Source of the DNA: Octopus vulgaris
Lineage: Eukaryota
Reading direction: 5' to 3'
Assembly (NCBI GenBank): GCA_951406725.2
Contig: OX597816.1
Location: forward strand, 171,182,001 to 171,246,000
Length of the DNA: 64,000 bases
Both the position numbers and the translations under genes were made by a program. The notes under the pieces are model-generated. The model made no database searches, was not told where the DNA came from, and saw only the letters and a program-made list of their open reading frames with translations. The number at the start of each line of letters is the position of its first letter. Positions within the stretch are counted from its first letter, which is position 1. This document shows positions 13,437 to 25,321 of this stretch, piece by piece.

Positions 13437-14016
13437 CTGACCAGAGAGGGACAAGGAAGAGAAAGAGAGAGATGAAATAAGTTACGTTCATGTACGGTCA
13501 GGTAAACTAAAATCATTCTGCTCATTTTTACTTGACAACATAAAACATGTAATAGCAAATAAAAGTAAGAAAATACATTCAAACTGTCACAAGTACTGTA
13601 GTTAATTATACATTTAAGACAAGGCAGTCCAGACTGCAAAGAATTCATTCATCTGTATAGCATGGTCCTGTTTGAAAATACTGTTATTTTTATGTGATCT
13701 TACAGAGACTACATTATTCTCTATTTGCAAATGTGTTTGTGTACATTGAATTAAGTCTCCATGTCAGAAACAGCCTGTGTCTGGAGAATACACACAACAC
13801 ACACACACATACACGGAATATCTTCTGAGAGACTTAAGTTTCTAAGCATGAGTTACAACAAGAACTGATAGGAATTGAAAGAACCAGTTACAGAAGTTAC
13901 TTCTCAAATATACAATTGGTAAAGGAATATTGTAAAGTAACAAAAGCTAAACAATAAAAAAAAAAGAAATCTTTAATATATATATACTGGAATGTGAAAC
14001 ATAAATGTGAAACAAA

Positions 14017-14202
14017 GTGGAAAAAAAGAGTACTCAAATACCAGTGGTAGAGTAATATGCTTTATTTAAAAGCAGCAGAAAATTCAACAAAACCTGTTAC
14101 TCTGAGTTTCGCGTTCCCGTTCTAGCAAAAACTGTCCGATGAACAGGAACGTGAAACTCAGAGTAACAGGTTTTGTTGAATTTTCTGCTGTTTTTAAATA
14201 AA

Positions 14203-14204
<2 letters not shown>
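14017..14204. mobile_element. Fold-back hairpin + tail mini-element next to (TA)n, probable PLE relic
   Basis: Inverted arms 14060-14122 / 14141-14203 (about 3 mismatches), tail on the left, (TA)n directly on the right. Confidence 0.75.
14127..14174 (+). ncRNA. Minimal type I hammerhead-like motif (U4C core variant)
   Basis: aaaaaCTGT-CCGATGA-AC(aggaac)GT-GAAAC(tcaga)GTA-ACAGgtttt: stem I CTGT/ACAG plus AAAA/TTTT, 2-bp stem II, 2-bp stem III, GUA cleavage triplet. Confidence 0.6.
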
Positions 14205-14249
<45 letters not shown>

Positions 14250-14267
14250 ATAAAAATGAATGTGTAA

Positions 14268-14314
<47 letters not shown>

Positions 14315-14794
14315 CAAACATTTCACCTGCAAGAAACTTTTAGTTCAAATCACGTTGCAATATAATTTCCGTCTATGTCAATTAAATTCATTACTATAGA
14401 TGACTCCACTTATGGATTGATGAGATTCCAAATGACTATGATGAAAATATTCCAAGTCTTTAATGATTGTGAGACAACACAGCACAAAAAGTGTTTGTAC
14501 ACATTTCCTTTTTTTCCTTAGGAAAAATAAGAAAAGGATTAAACTTATCGAATTTTTATCTATGATATATGTGCATAAGTGTACATCCATGTACATATGC
14601 GGAAATTTTATATGAATAAAAATATTGAAAAATTTTTTAATAAATAAGATTTCCCTAATAGGGAACAAGGTAATATTTGTATCTATTTGTTTATCTGTCT
14701 GTTTATCTATCCTATATGTCTATCTATCTATAATATATATATATAGAATTCAAATTTACAGAAAACTATATATACTACATATACATACATACAT

Positions 14795-15150
14795 TATTAG
14801 GGCCCTGGGATATGTAACACACTGCCTAAATACCAATCTTGAGAAATTAGGCTTCTCAAAACCAGAAAGGAGAAAGTTAATTCGAAGACTACAGATCCAG
14901 TCTATTACTGGAATTGTAAAAATCTGTAAAACTTTCCAGAAGTTTATCATTTGAATATATATGAGCATGTCTAGATATGTAACTATATGCATGAGAATAC
15001 ATACATAAAACATACAAACTTGCACATACATACATACATACACACACATACATGCATACATACATATCCTGTTGTTGATATTGAAATTCCAATGAAGGAA
15101 TCTTGGATCTAGGTTAGAAACCAGTTCTTTATTGGCAAGAAATCTTGAGA
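14795..15150 (+). mobile_element. 3' fragment of a restriction-like-endonuclease non-LTR retrotransposon (R4/Dong-like)
   Basis: IRALGYVTHCLNTNLEKLGF...LIRRLQIQSITGIVKICKTFQKFII* resembles the GALG...LQ C-terminus of this clade; flanked by microsatellite. Confidence 0.6.
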
Positions 15151-15429
15151 CAGACAGACAGACATACATATATATATATATGGTGAAAGGAATGAACAAA
15201 AAGCAAAAGGACAAGTTTTAAAGCTTAAAAATAGAAGAGAAAGTGTCGTGATTTCTTGGCTGCTACTCCTTCATCAGAAGACCAATACAGGAGTAAAAGA
15301 GGAGTGTGAAAGAGAAGTGAATGAGAAGAGAGTGAGAAAAGAAGCAAGAAGTTAGTGGCCAAGAGGGAATGCCAAACTAGGGGTGGGGAAGAGTTAAGAA
15401 GGAAGGAAAGAGTAGGTATCTGTGTGATG

Positions 15430-15688
15430 CATGGCTGTGATAGGTAGGAGAGTCCAGTTTGCTGGACATTGTTGTAGAGCTGAAAACGAATCAATTTCTA
15501 CTCTTCTCCTCTGGAAGCCATCTACTCGCAATACCAGAGGGCGCACACTCTCCTACCCTGATGTAATCTCCAGGGATACAGGCATCCAGCAACAGGACCT
15601 CCATAATGCCATGATGGACTGTGAAGTCTGGCGTAGCATGGTAAATTCCATTGTCTCGACCACGGTCGAACAATGATGTTGATGATGG
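15430..15688 (+). mobile_element. RTE-like LINE 3' fragment
   Basis: RRVQFAGHCCRAENESISTLLLWKP...RGRTLSYPDVISRDTG...AMMDCEVWRSMV followed by a tgatgttgatgatg tail. Confidence 0.75.
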
Positions 15689-15939
15689 GTGTGCAAATAT
15701 AGATGTGTAAGAAGTTTTGCAATGGGCATTAAAGGGGGAATGCTGTGCATCAGGTGGGTTTGTAGTGTGTGTATCTATACAGAAGTACAGTGGCATGGGG
15801 TGGGATTTTGGTTTGTGTGTGTGTGTGTATGAGAGGGAGAGAGATAGAGAGCATAATGAAAGGCAGTGAAAGCAGGTCCAAGAGTGAAGCAAAGGGAAGG
15901 CATCCATCCACAATTCCTTGGTGAGATGTGAGATAGAAT

Positions 15940-16145
15940 CTTTAGGCACCACCTCCATAAGTTCCTATCAGAAGCAACCATCATTAGACATTCTGGCTGG
16001 ATGCCCATGCATGACCAACTGAAACTATGGATAGAACCCAACCATTTCATTCTGAGTCTAACCCTAGGTCTCCTGCCAGTCAGCTCAACTTGAAGCATCC
16101 ATTTCGTGATTCTTTCCTTTAACATTCTCATCATGTGCCCTTAGT
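15940..16145 (-). mobile_element. RTE-like LINE 3' fragment
   Basis: HMMRMLKERITKWMLQVELTGRRPRVRLRMKW...DRNLWR. Confidence 0.65.
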
Positions 16146-16174
16146 ACTAAGTTGTAACCACTCAATGTGGAGAA

Positions 16175-16445
16175 AGTTAAGTTAAGTTAAGTTAATTTTT
16201 TGGCTCAAAAAGCGAAAAGCAAGGCCATGTAGGGGGACATGGAGTTATATACAGGGAGAGTGTTCATGCAAAGAGTTCAGGCCATTTCTGGTCAAGAGAG
16301 ACTTTGAACCGAGTGGTCGTCGGCATCTTCACTATCTCATCCGGCAGCTTATTCCACGGATCTGCAACCCGGACGGAGAAAGCCCCTCTCCTTCAATTGA
16401 GATGAAATCATCGCAGACAGAGCTTTTCGGAGTGACCCCGCAGAA
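16175..16445 (-). mobile_element. CR1-group LINE 3' end with (TTAAC)n tail
   Basis: RGHSEKL...AFSVRVADPWNKLPDEIVKM...FKVSLDQKW; tail gttaagttaagttaag on +; second copy at 31920-32195. Confidence 0.85.
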
Positions 16446-17731
16446 GTACCAGCTTAACCTGAAGAGACTACATGATCTCTGAGTCATGCAGCATTGAGTA
16501 ACATTATACCAGAGATCCTCTGAGGAACCCCATTTTCGCCACTTGTATCTGTCTTTCAGTTATTATCCAACATTTATGACCATGGGTTAAAATAGGCACA
16601 AAACCAAATTGAAGATAGCTTGTTTAGGATTTTTACCTTTTTGACTTACTGAAGACCAAATGGTGGAGCTGGCACATTGCAATGTCTCTCAACCAATCAG
16701 TGGCCAGTTTGCCTGATATTGATAAATATTACAAACAGAACATTGGAGTGCATGTATCAAGTACGTAAAAGTGCAGCGAAAAGGAAACCCAAGCAGAAGG
16801 TGCAGTGGTTGGGTCCAGTATGGGTGGAGGTGCTACAGGGAAAGAGCAGGTTTGATAGCATGGACAGGAGCAGGATCTGGGAGAGAAATGAGGAAGGAGC
16901 TATGGATAAGGAAGCTAGAAGATTGTGAGAATGCTTAAAGACAAGAATGGATGGAAGAGGGAAGAAGTGGAAGGAAGATAGCAGAAGTCAAAGAGAGTGG
17001 GGCATTGCAGTGGCAGGTTAATAGGAGGGTTAGGGGGAAGGAGAAGCAATGGGTCAGATTGTGGATGCTGGGTGAGAGGGCTAAGGTGTGTTCAATGGCA
17101 TGGGTGTGGGAGAGGGTATAGTAGGAGTTGGTGGGTTTGTAGAAGAAAGAGGCAGAAATGGTGAGGGTAAGGCAGTCAATAGAGATGATGGTTATGATGA
17201 GGGAATGAATGGATATATCAGAGATGAGCGAAAAGAGCTTAAATCCTTAAAATCCTTTAAAATGTTTTAGCCCGAAGGCCGCGGCCATGCTGGGGCACCA
17301 CCACTGAAAGTATTTAGCAGCTTATGAGTAAGAGGGTGCAGTGAAACAGTCATTGATACAATGGCCACATAGCTCTGGAGTAACCAGTAAACAAGGAGAA
17401 GAAATGAGATGTAATGGTAGTCAACAAATAGGTTGGCCATACCCATGGTCACTCAAGTGACCTGTCCATACACCTTACCTACAAAGGAGCATAGAAGTAC
17501 TAAAACAGAGAGTGGTGTGAAGGTCAAGAAAATGATTTTGAGAACCTGGAGGTCCCCATCATGAGGGATGACAATATATAGGGAGTTGGTGTCCATAGTG
17601 AAAATGAAGAAGAGCCTGAGGAGAAAGAGGCAGAGAGCATTGTTGGAGGTGAGAACAGCTGAGTGGGGAAGTTACAACAGGGTAACCAAGGTTTTCTGAT
17701 TCATTGATCTTGGGAAGAAAAGGAAGGAGGA

Positions 17732-18111
17732 AGCATTCCGTCGGTTACGACAACAAGGGTTCCGGTTGATCCGATCAACGGAACAGCCTGCTCATGAAAT
17801 TAACATGAAAGTGGCTGAGCACTCCACAGACACGTGTACCCTTAACGTAGTTCTCGGGGATATTCAGCGTGACACAGAGAGTGACAAGGCCAGCCCCTTG
17901 AAATACAGGTACGAACAGAAACAGGAAGTAAGAGTGAGAGAAAGTTGTGGTGAAAGAGTACAGCAAGGATCACCACCATCCCCTGCCGGAGCCTCGTGGA
18001 GCTTTAGGTGTTTTCGCTCAATAAACACTCACAACGCCCGGTCTGGGAATCGAAACCGCGATCCTACGACCGCGAGTCCGCTGCCCTAACCACTGGGCCA
18101 TTGTGCCTCCA
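17732..18111 (-). mobile_element. tRNA-derived SINE, head C joined to tail Y
   Basis: 5' part matches 8384-8570 and 3' part matches 8945-9120. Confidence 0.85.
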
Positions 18112-18824
18112 CTGTGAAGAAAGTATATGGTAGGGATACAGAGGGTTGTGAACAGTGAGATGGGAGGCAGTGGGGGGAGGAGTGAAGAAAAGATAAGCTG
18201 GCAGATCTTTCACTACACCACATGACTCATATCCTTAACAATGATCAAAAGTTCGTGCAGCTTTGATTTTATAAATTAATGATGACATAAAGTCAACAAA
18301 TCTTTCTTTAATTAATGCTCTTTTTAGCAAACATTTTTACTTCAGTTTTCTTTTTTGGACATTTGTATTTAGATCATTATTATCTTCCATAAATAGTAAC
18401 AATTCTGAAGTTTCTTTCACAGACATTTGTAAATATATTCATATCCAACTTGACATTTGAAATGTGAACAAGTGGCAGCTGATATAGTGGCCGATGCTTT
18501 GCACAAACTTATTAACAGAAGCAGATTTATTGAATAAGTTAATACAGGTTCTTTTTGCTCTGTTTTGTTTTTTTTACTAAAACTAGTAGGAACATTTAAC
18601 CCTCTTAATACCAACCTGTCTGAATTTGTCCCCAATAAAGTGTTCATGTTTAACCCTTCTTTTGTTAATATATTTCTGTTGATATACGTTGCTTTTGTTT
18701 CAATTAACATTGAAAATAACAAATAACTCAGTAAAATAATTTTGTTATTACCAAGCCAGTGTTTGCAACATAAGTTAACAGGAAGTTTGTGCCAAGGGAC
18801 AAAGAGTGGTCTCAAAAGGTTTAA

Positions 18825-19044
18825 CCCTTTCGTTACCAACCCGGCTGAAACTGGCTCTGGCTCTGAGTACAAATGTCTTGTTTTTATAAGTTTTGAATTA
18901 AAATCTTCCACCAAACCTTACTCACAATTTATGTTCATAACACTAGCTTAATGATAAGTAAGTTATTTTACTAATGTCTTTGTTATATTTAAAGTAATTG
19001 AAAGAAACGCAGTGCATCCCAAAATAAATACAGTAACGAAAGGG
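18825..19044. mobile_element. piggyBac-type MITE, 220 bp
   Basis: TTAA|CCCTTTCGTTAC...GTAACGAAAGGG|TTAA: 12-bp TIR, TTAA duplication at 18821-18824 and 19045-19048; abuts an older related element at about 18650-18824. Confidence 0.9.
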
Positions 19045-19865
19045 TTAAATGAAACTTCAGTCAAAATCTAATCATAACACAAATGATATCAAAAGACTTC
19101 AGTTGACCAACACAAGCAAAATATAATATAACATACTAACTAAATTCTTCGAAATCTTGTTTATACAGAAAATAACTGAAATAATTCATCCATTTACTCA
19201 TTAGAAATATAGCCCCCAAAAAGGTTAAGAGAGATATTTTTAACCACAAACTACATTTCAAAAGAGGGTATTAGGTAATCCAACCAATGCATAATACAAT
19301 AGGAACATTTTACCGAGTCAAAAATGAGAAATAATATTGTTGATGCACTTACTCAAGATTACTACATATCTTAATGTTTACTTCAACACAAAATTAAGCT
19401 CTTAAGAACCTCACTTGGTATTAAGCAACATAACATAAGACGATAATGACACTGTCAATTTCAACAGCACATGATAAAGTACAGCAACATAACAGAAGTA
19501 TTTGTACCCAACAACATTGCTGACTGTCTCACATTAAGTAGTTTTCTTATTTAAAATTCCACCCATGCCATAATCTTTTGTCAGTGCTTTTCTTCGACAA
19601 CTTTCCAGTTAATTCTTACATCTAAGAAACTATACAGATTTAATAACTGCTTTAGCTAGATGATAAATAAGTCACTAACTATTGCATAATTTATATGATT
19701 CTAACACCATTCAACAAATACAAATAAGAATGTATCATTATATTTGCTAATTGAGAACCATTAATAAAATATGTGTAACCGGTTACAAAATAATCACTGT
19801 TAATACTGCACCATCCTTCACAGGCTGACCAAGAATTTCAGAGAAGGTAAATGATATATAGGCAT

Positions 19866-20089
19866 CTTTTCTCTTTTACTCTCTTTTACTTGTTTCAGTC
19901 ATTTGACTGCAGCCATGCTGGAGCACCGCCTTTTAGTCAAGCAACTCGACCCCGGGACTTATTCTATTGTAAGCCCAGTAATTATTCTATCGGTCTCTTT
20001 TGCCGAACCGCTAAGTGACGGGGACGTAAACACACCAGCATCGGTTGTCAAGCAATGCTAGGGGGACAAACACAGACACACAAACACAT

Positions 20090-20155
<66 letters not shown>

Positions 20156-20316
20156 GACAGGCTTCTTTCAGTTTCCGTCTACCAAATCCACTCACAAGGC
20201 ATTGGTCAGCCCGGGGCTATAGCAGAAGACACTTGCCCAAGGTGCCACGCAGTGGGACTGAACCCGGAACCATGTGGTCGGTTAGCAAGCTACTTACCAC
20301 ACAGCCACTCCTGTGC
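19866..20316 (-). mobile_element. SINE family A, full length
   Basis: Reverse complement of 5880-6296 with an expanded internal (TA)n. Confidence 0.9.
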
Positions 20317-21108
20317 CTGTGTGTATATTTATACACACAGACAGACAGATATAGATTACATACAGATGCAGAAATGGCATTGTGGTTCAGAAGTTCACTT
20401 CTTAACAGGTTCAATCTCACTAGGCCACACTTAGGACAAGTAGGTTCTACAAAAACTCAAAACCTACCAACCAGAATCATGAAAGTGAATTTGGCAGACA
20501 AAATGAAAGACCTGCATTGTGTACATGCACATGTTTATGTAAGTGTTTGCATGCGTGTGTTTTCGTAACTGTGTATGTGTGTGTCTGTGTTTATGTATGC
20601 GTCTGATTATATTTATGCCCTACAGAAGTCATGTGAGCAGGGTTCTTTCTTACTGCCACTTTTGTAACCAAATTATGCCTTTGATGACACATGGATTAAG
20701 AACCTTGCATAGAAGACGATTAAGGGTTAGAAATCAGAAAGGTATTTAGTGCACATATAGTACCAGTATTGCTAGAAACAAGAGTAAAAAAACAACTCAT
20801 AGCCACAATAATGCAACCTTTTTATTTATTGACGAAGGAAGGAAGTTCCCTAAACACTGAGTATAGCCAGATCACAGCTCATCGGCTGCTCTCACAAGCA
20901 CTTTGGGTTGAATGCAACTCACACTGCCAGTTTATGAGATGACTCTAGGAATCATACACGGATTTCATAAATGATGGAGGTGTAACTTATAAATAACAAG
21001 GTAAGCTCGTTAGCAATCCTTCAACCGAAAGGCAAATAAATACATACATACACACATACCTATATATGTAAATAGATACATATATGTATGTATATACATA
21101 ATTATATG

Positions 21109-21141
<33 letters not shown>

Positions 21142-21206
21142 ATACACATATATATATATACATATACATATATATATATACATGTATATATATACATATA
21201 TATATA

Positions 21207-21435
21207 TTTCTTTACTACCCACAAGGGGCTAAACATAGAAGGGACAAACAAGGACAGACAAAGGGATAAAGTCGATTACATCGACCCCAGTGCGAAACTG
21301 GTACTTTATTTATTGACCCCGAAAGGATGAAAGGCAAAGTCAACCTCGGTGGAATTTGAACTCAGAACGTAATGACAGACGAAATGCCGCTAAGCATTTC
21401 GCCCGGGGTGCTAACATTTCTGCCAGCTCACCGCC
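21207..21435 (-). mobile_element. SINE family B
   Basis: Reverse complement of gagctggcagaaa..ttagca...gagttcaaattcc (B box)...ccccttgtgggtagtaaagaaat; inside TA-rich microsatellite. Confidence 0.85.
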
Positions 21436-21530
21436 TACATATACATACATATATATATACACATATACATACATATACATACATGTATATACATACATAT
21501 ATATACATGTATATACATACATATATATAC

Positions 21531-21562
<32 letters not shown>

Positions 21563-22074
21563 GTATATACATATATATACATACATATGTATATACATAC
21601 ATATACACATATTTACATACATACATATATATACATACAAATATACATATATACACATACATATATAAATATGCATATATACATACACATATATACATAT
21701 AAATATACATATATACGTACACATACATATACATACATGGCCGCGGCCTTCGGGCTAAAAGATTTTTAAGGATTTAATTTAAGGATATATATATGTGTAT
21801 ACATACATATATACATACACATATATACATACACACATATATATACATACATATTTATACATACATATATACAGGAGTGTATTGTAGTTCGCTTGAGGCA
21901 TTGTGTATTGTGTGTAAAGAATAAAAAGTATTGAATGGTATAATAATGCACTATAACACAGACAGTGGACTATATACCTTTTGTAAGTCAGTCATCCAAC
22001 TAAATTACAACAGGTATATAGCCCATTGTTTGTATTATAGTGTATTGTTGTACTACTCAGAACTATTTATTCTT

Positions 22075-22090
<16 letters not shown>

Positions 22091-22113
<23 letters not shown>

Positions 22114-22510
22114 TTAAATAATAAAGGTGAAAAATTGAATATTAATTTGATTAATACCAATTTAAAACCAGTGGTCTAGCATATTGAAAAATCTGAAGAT
22201 TCAGAAAAATTATACTACTTACATATGAGAGAGATGACCACTAAGTGGGCATCCGTTATGCTAGAGGTAGACCCCATATGGTCTGACCACTAAGAAATGA
22301 TTGTTCTCAAGAAAATTCAGCAAGCGCCAGAATGTAACTGAGCGAAACAAATGAAAATATGCAAAAATATAAAGATTAATCACAAACCTGGTTTCATTGT
22401 TACCATTTACATAATACTCAATTTGCAGAACAATACACGAGGCGTCCGCATTGGAGTCTACCTCTAGCATAATGCATGTCCACTTTGTGGTCATCCCTTT
22501 TATATGTACG
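22091..22510. mobile_element. Tail + inverted-arm element between (TA)n tracts, probable PLE relic
   Basis: Diverged inverted arms at about 22220-22277 / 22452-22508 (atgctagaggtagac / gtctacctctagcat); tail shares ccagtggtcta with 57937-58251. Confidence 0.6.
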
Positions 22511-22543
<33 letters not shown>

Positions 22544-22603
22544 TATACACACATACATACATATACATACATACATACATATATATACATACATACATAC
22601 ATA

Positions 22604-22636
<33 letters not shown>

Positions 22637-22653
22637 GTATATATACATACATA

Positions 22654-22685
<32 letters not shown>

Positions 22686-22751
22686 CATACATATATATAT
22701 ATACATACATATACATACATATGTATATATACATACATATACATACATATG

Positions 22752-22791
<40 letters not shown>

Positions 22792-22820
22792 CATATGTAT
22801 GTGTATATATATATATATAC

Positions 22821-22865
<45 letters not shown>

Positions 22866-22979
22866 CATACATACACATAGTGGTGGAACCATGTGGTTGG
22901 TGAGCAAGCTACTTACCACACAGTCACTCCTGCACCTATGTATATATATTTATACACACACACACACATATATATATAT

Positions 22980-23030
<51 letters not shown>

Positions 23031-23970
23031 TATATATAAAATACACACATGTATATATATACACATACACATTTATATATATATGATATATATATATACA
23101 CACACCTACACATACATATATACATGTATTATCTACATATACACATACACACACGCATACATACATAACAATACATCTTCATCTTATATACTTTTTGTCT
23201 CAATATTTTACCATCAAGAATATTTTTTTTTTTTGAGTCATCAAGAGCAAGCAGTAGTAATGTGTTGACATACATTAAAATATGTAATTAATGAAAACAA
23301 GATCTGGATGTTTCAGCTGCATGCAAATATTGAAATGTAGCAAACAATAAGATTCTCAGAATTAGAATTATGGGCTGGGGGGAGACGGAGAGAGACTGAA
23401 AGAAGACATGTCTTTTTGAAAATCAGAAAAAGGATTATCTCAAATGTAATAGTAAGAGGAAAAAAAAACAACATAAAATACAGAATGTTGATGGATTAAT
23501 TTGTGCTAGAAATTGAAGGCTAATTAAAAATTGCAAGGTCAACCATATATTACATTTTGTACAGGGCAAATAAAACACAAAAACACACATATGTATGTAT
23601 GTATGCCTCAACGGTTGGACCATTGGTATGCCTGGCAGAGGGGTTCATATGAAAATATGGAAACAAGAAAAAACCTTAATAATGAAGATATTGAAGCAGT
23701 TGTGTTTTCAAAAAATGTTTACAAGAAAGCTGTGACAGAAAGGCAGACCAACTGATAAATATAGACACAAGCAGACACACACTGTGAATCAGAAGTCCCC
23801 TTAGCATTTAAGTGATATTAAAGTTTTGTTTTACTTTGTAACAATTTTGTCTTTTGCTGTTTTGTCCTGAATTTCTTTTTGCTTAAACGTTATCAAAAAA
23901 CGGGAGAAATATATATGGTTCTCAACATGGCACAATATAACTGTAACCCTGTTCAATTGTCTGGTTTGAA

Positions 23971-24412
23971 CCCCTTTTGTTACCAACCCGGCTGAAACCG
24001 GCTCTGGCTCTGTTGTGCAAATGTCTTGTTTTCTTAAGGTTTCAATTAAAATCTTCCACCAAACCTTAGTCACAATTTATGTTCCTAATATAAGCTGAAT
24101 GATAACTAAGTTATTTTACTAAATTCTTTGTTATATTTAACCCTTTCGTTACTGTATTTATTTTGAGATGCTCTGTGTTTCTTTCAATTATTTTAAATAT
24201 AACAAAGAATTTAGTAAAATAACTTAGTTATCATTAAACAAGTGTTAGGAACATAAACTGCGACTAAAGTTTGGTGGTATATTTTAATGCAAAACTTATG
24301 AAAACGAGATATTTGTACTACAGAGCCGGTTTAGGGCCGGGTTGGTAACGAAAGGGTTAAAGTAATTGAAAGAAACACAGAACATCTCAAAATAAATACA
24401 GTAACGAAAGGG
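23971..24412. mobile_element. piggyBac-type MITE with a second, inverted copy (24141-24356) nested at its internal TTAA
   Basis: Inner copy has both TIRs and TTAA at 24137-24140 and 24357-24360. Removing it restores ttatatTTAAagtaattg as in the single copy at 18825-19044. Confidence 0.9.
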
Positions 24413-24693
24413 TTAATTGTTTGGCATAGTGTAAGGAAGCTAGTAAGTAGGACCAGCAAAGCAGTAGACCAGCTAGCTTGGATTTCTTGAGCCATAGCAA
24501 TCAACAGGGGCTACTCACAGCAGCAGAGAGTTCAATGAATGCAGTGAAGTGGTATGTGGAAGCCATGCTGGGGGGGAGGTGGGTGTGTGAGAGGGTTAGA
24601 GGAAAGGTGTATACTTTCAGAAGCTCAGGTGACATTTGATCTCCGTTGTTAGCTGGTTTATGCTAATGTTAAAGGAACTTTTGAAACTTGATT

Positions 24694-24743
<50 letters not shown>

Positions 24744-24746
<3 letters not shown>

Positions 24747-25074
24747 AGATGTACTTGCATAGCAAGTGACTTGATCAGAGATCGTGTGCTGAAACGAAAA
24801 CAATCGCAGCGTGGAAGGTGTTTGTAAGCCATTTAAGAAACACACAAAAGCCGTTCGATTCACTTCAACATTTAAGTTTAATTTGTCGAAATATTTTCGT
24901 CGCTTTAAGACCGCGACCTGTTCACTGACTAAAATCCATGCTTTGTCAGTGAACAGGTCGCGGTCTTAAAGCGACGAAAATATTTTGACAAATTAAACTT
25001 AAATGTTGAAGTGAATCGAACGGCTTTTGTGTGTTTCTTAAATGGCTTACAAACACCTTCCACACTGCAATTGT
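24744..25074. mobile_element. Fold-back hairpin + tail mini-element in microsatellite, probable PLE relic
   Basis: 130-bp inverted arms 24800-24929 / 24945-25074 with about 3 mismatches, 15-nt loop, 56-nt tail; a one-armed family member lies at 61548-61772. Confidence 0.8.
24942..24992 (+). ncRNA. Minimal type I hammerhead-like motif with G3:C8 swapped core
   Basis: TTTGTCA-GTGAACA-g-GTCGC(ggtcttaaa)GCGAC-GAA-AATATT-T-TGACAAA: 7-bp stem I, 5-bp stem II, palindromic stem III AATATT. Confidence 0.65.
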
Positions 25075-25274
25075 GTGTGTATATATATATATATACATAT
25101 ACAGATATATATATACACACACATATATATATACAGATATATATATACACACACACACACATATATATATACAGATATATATATACACACACACACAATA
25201 AAAAGAACACAAATATAACATTTGATCATATTTAGATTAATATATGCACACATGTTTGTGTGTGTCTGTGTATG

Positions 25275-25321
<47 letters not shown>

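Larger units (their letters stand above)
15183..17730 (-). mobile_element. Heavily decayed Penelope-like element (RT, GIY-YIG, 3' hammerhead-like remnant), interrupted by younger insertions
   Basis: Minus-strand fragments in canonical order: FLPKINESENLGYPVV (~17720), FIFTMDTNSLYIVIPHDG (~17600), MGMANLFVDY (~17440), PELCGHCINDCF (~17370), IHALQCSVCN and NIRQTGH*LVER (~16750-16690), CTGATGAAGG...CCAAGAAAT (15277-15250), ending at (TA)n. Confidence 0.7.

Noticed and set aside
13211-13648. 145-aa hydrophobic ORF
   Set aside because: Composition reflects T-rich intron and pyrimidine-tract sequence with no recognisable motif; only the internal 18-nt segment has splice signals.
20860-20895. CCGATGAGCT...GGC on the minus strand as a hammerhead remnant
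   Set aside because: The GAAA half of the core and stem III are absent.
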